Positions 63,321 to 64,000 of a stretch of 64,000 nucleotides of DNA are shown here, in pieces; position 1 is the stretch's first letter; every line of letters begins with the position of its first letter. The notes under the pieces are model-generated. The model was given only the letters and a program-made list of their open reading frames with translations, was not told the DNA's origin and made no database searches. The stretch covers positions 46,316,001 through 46,380,000 of the forward strand of contig NC_058368.1 of NCBI RefSeq assembly GCF_018350175.1, written 5' to 3'. The translations under genes were made by a program, and so were the position numbers. The DNA comes from Felis catus. Taxonomy: Eukaryota.

Positions 63321-64000
63321 AGGAGTAGAATTGTTTTGTTGAAAGTGGAGGATAGAAATAAAGTTAAGTTAAACAGCTTCTATTAATAGGCGCTAACTGA
63401 AATTAGGTTTCATTGTACCATAGTCACTGGGGACTTGGAAAGACCTAAACCTGGAATCATGATATAACCGCTTTGGTAACTTTTTCTACTTAAAATTTAT
63501 TAATGTTTACTCTTCTACTCTATGAATTGTTTTTTTTTTGTGTGTGTGTTGTGAAAGCTGTATGGAAATAACTATTTATAAATGTTTACATCATAAATTT
63601 CCTCCTAAAATCATATTCAATTAAGTTCTGATTGAGATACCAATCTCGAAAGCCTATTTAAACCACTATGTACTTAGGAAATTGCATTTGCAGCCCTGTT
63701 TCAACTTGAACTATCTTCACCATATAGTTAAAGCAGAAAACCTATTTTCATAGCTCTACTTCCAACTCAACAGAGAATCTCCTGCAGCAGTAATGAAAAT
63801 TATGTGGGAGCCACACTCTCGAGCGCCAGAAATTTGCTAATTTTCCACATTTGTAAAAGAAAACAATCTTAGTACAAAGTTACCTCTGGTTATTCTCATA
63901 AATTATTCATCCTCAAATCAGGGTGACACTCATCCTTTTTAAGTGTCTTAGTCGAAGAGTTCTCCTTACTTGTATTTGGAGATCTCTCTTATTTATACCA

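Larger units (their letters stand above)
1..64000 (-). other. DACH1: Window entirely within the DACH1 transcription unit: complete introns 36620-20928 and 20791-17607, plus partial flanking introns
   Basis: All exons found are internal with GT-AG boundaries. No DACHbox-N or DACHbox-C coding exon was found, so the gene extends past both ends. Confidence 0.9.

Overview
AT-rich mammalian genomic DNA from a felid, judged by the cat-type Can-SINE (SINEC_Fc-like) and L1_Fc-like repeats; the species cannot be fixed from the sequence. The whole window lies inside DACH1 (dachshund family transcription factor 1) on the minus strand. It holds three intact internal coding exons (36793-36621, 20927-20792, 17606-17472; 173+136+135 = 444 nt, canonical AG/GT, one continuous frame) encoding part of the linker between the two Dachshund boxes. 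The rest is intron with at least 17 Can-SINEs, L1/L2/MIR fragments, hAT DNA transposon relics, an MLT1 LTR, a 535-bp solo LTR, microsatellites and several repeat-free, enhancer-like blocks. Main observation: the counterpart of the 52-codon DACH1 alternative exon (37409-37254) is still recognisable and open but looks splice-dead. Its acceptor reads AA instead of AG, and the donor appears displaced by 8 nt, so every nearby splice choice I tested shifts the frame. Second observation: a candidate cryptic exon at 4524-4481, in frame with the last intact exon, encodes a TTVMY motif like the DACH1 C-terminus. Human comparisons and repeat subfamily names come from memory and need checking by alignment; boundaries of old repeats are approximate. 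No prokaryote-type system (CRISPR, operon) is present.
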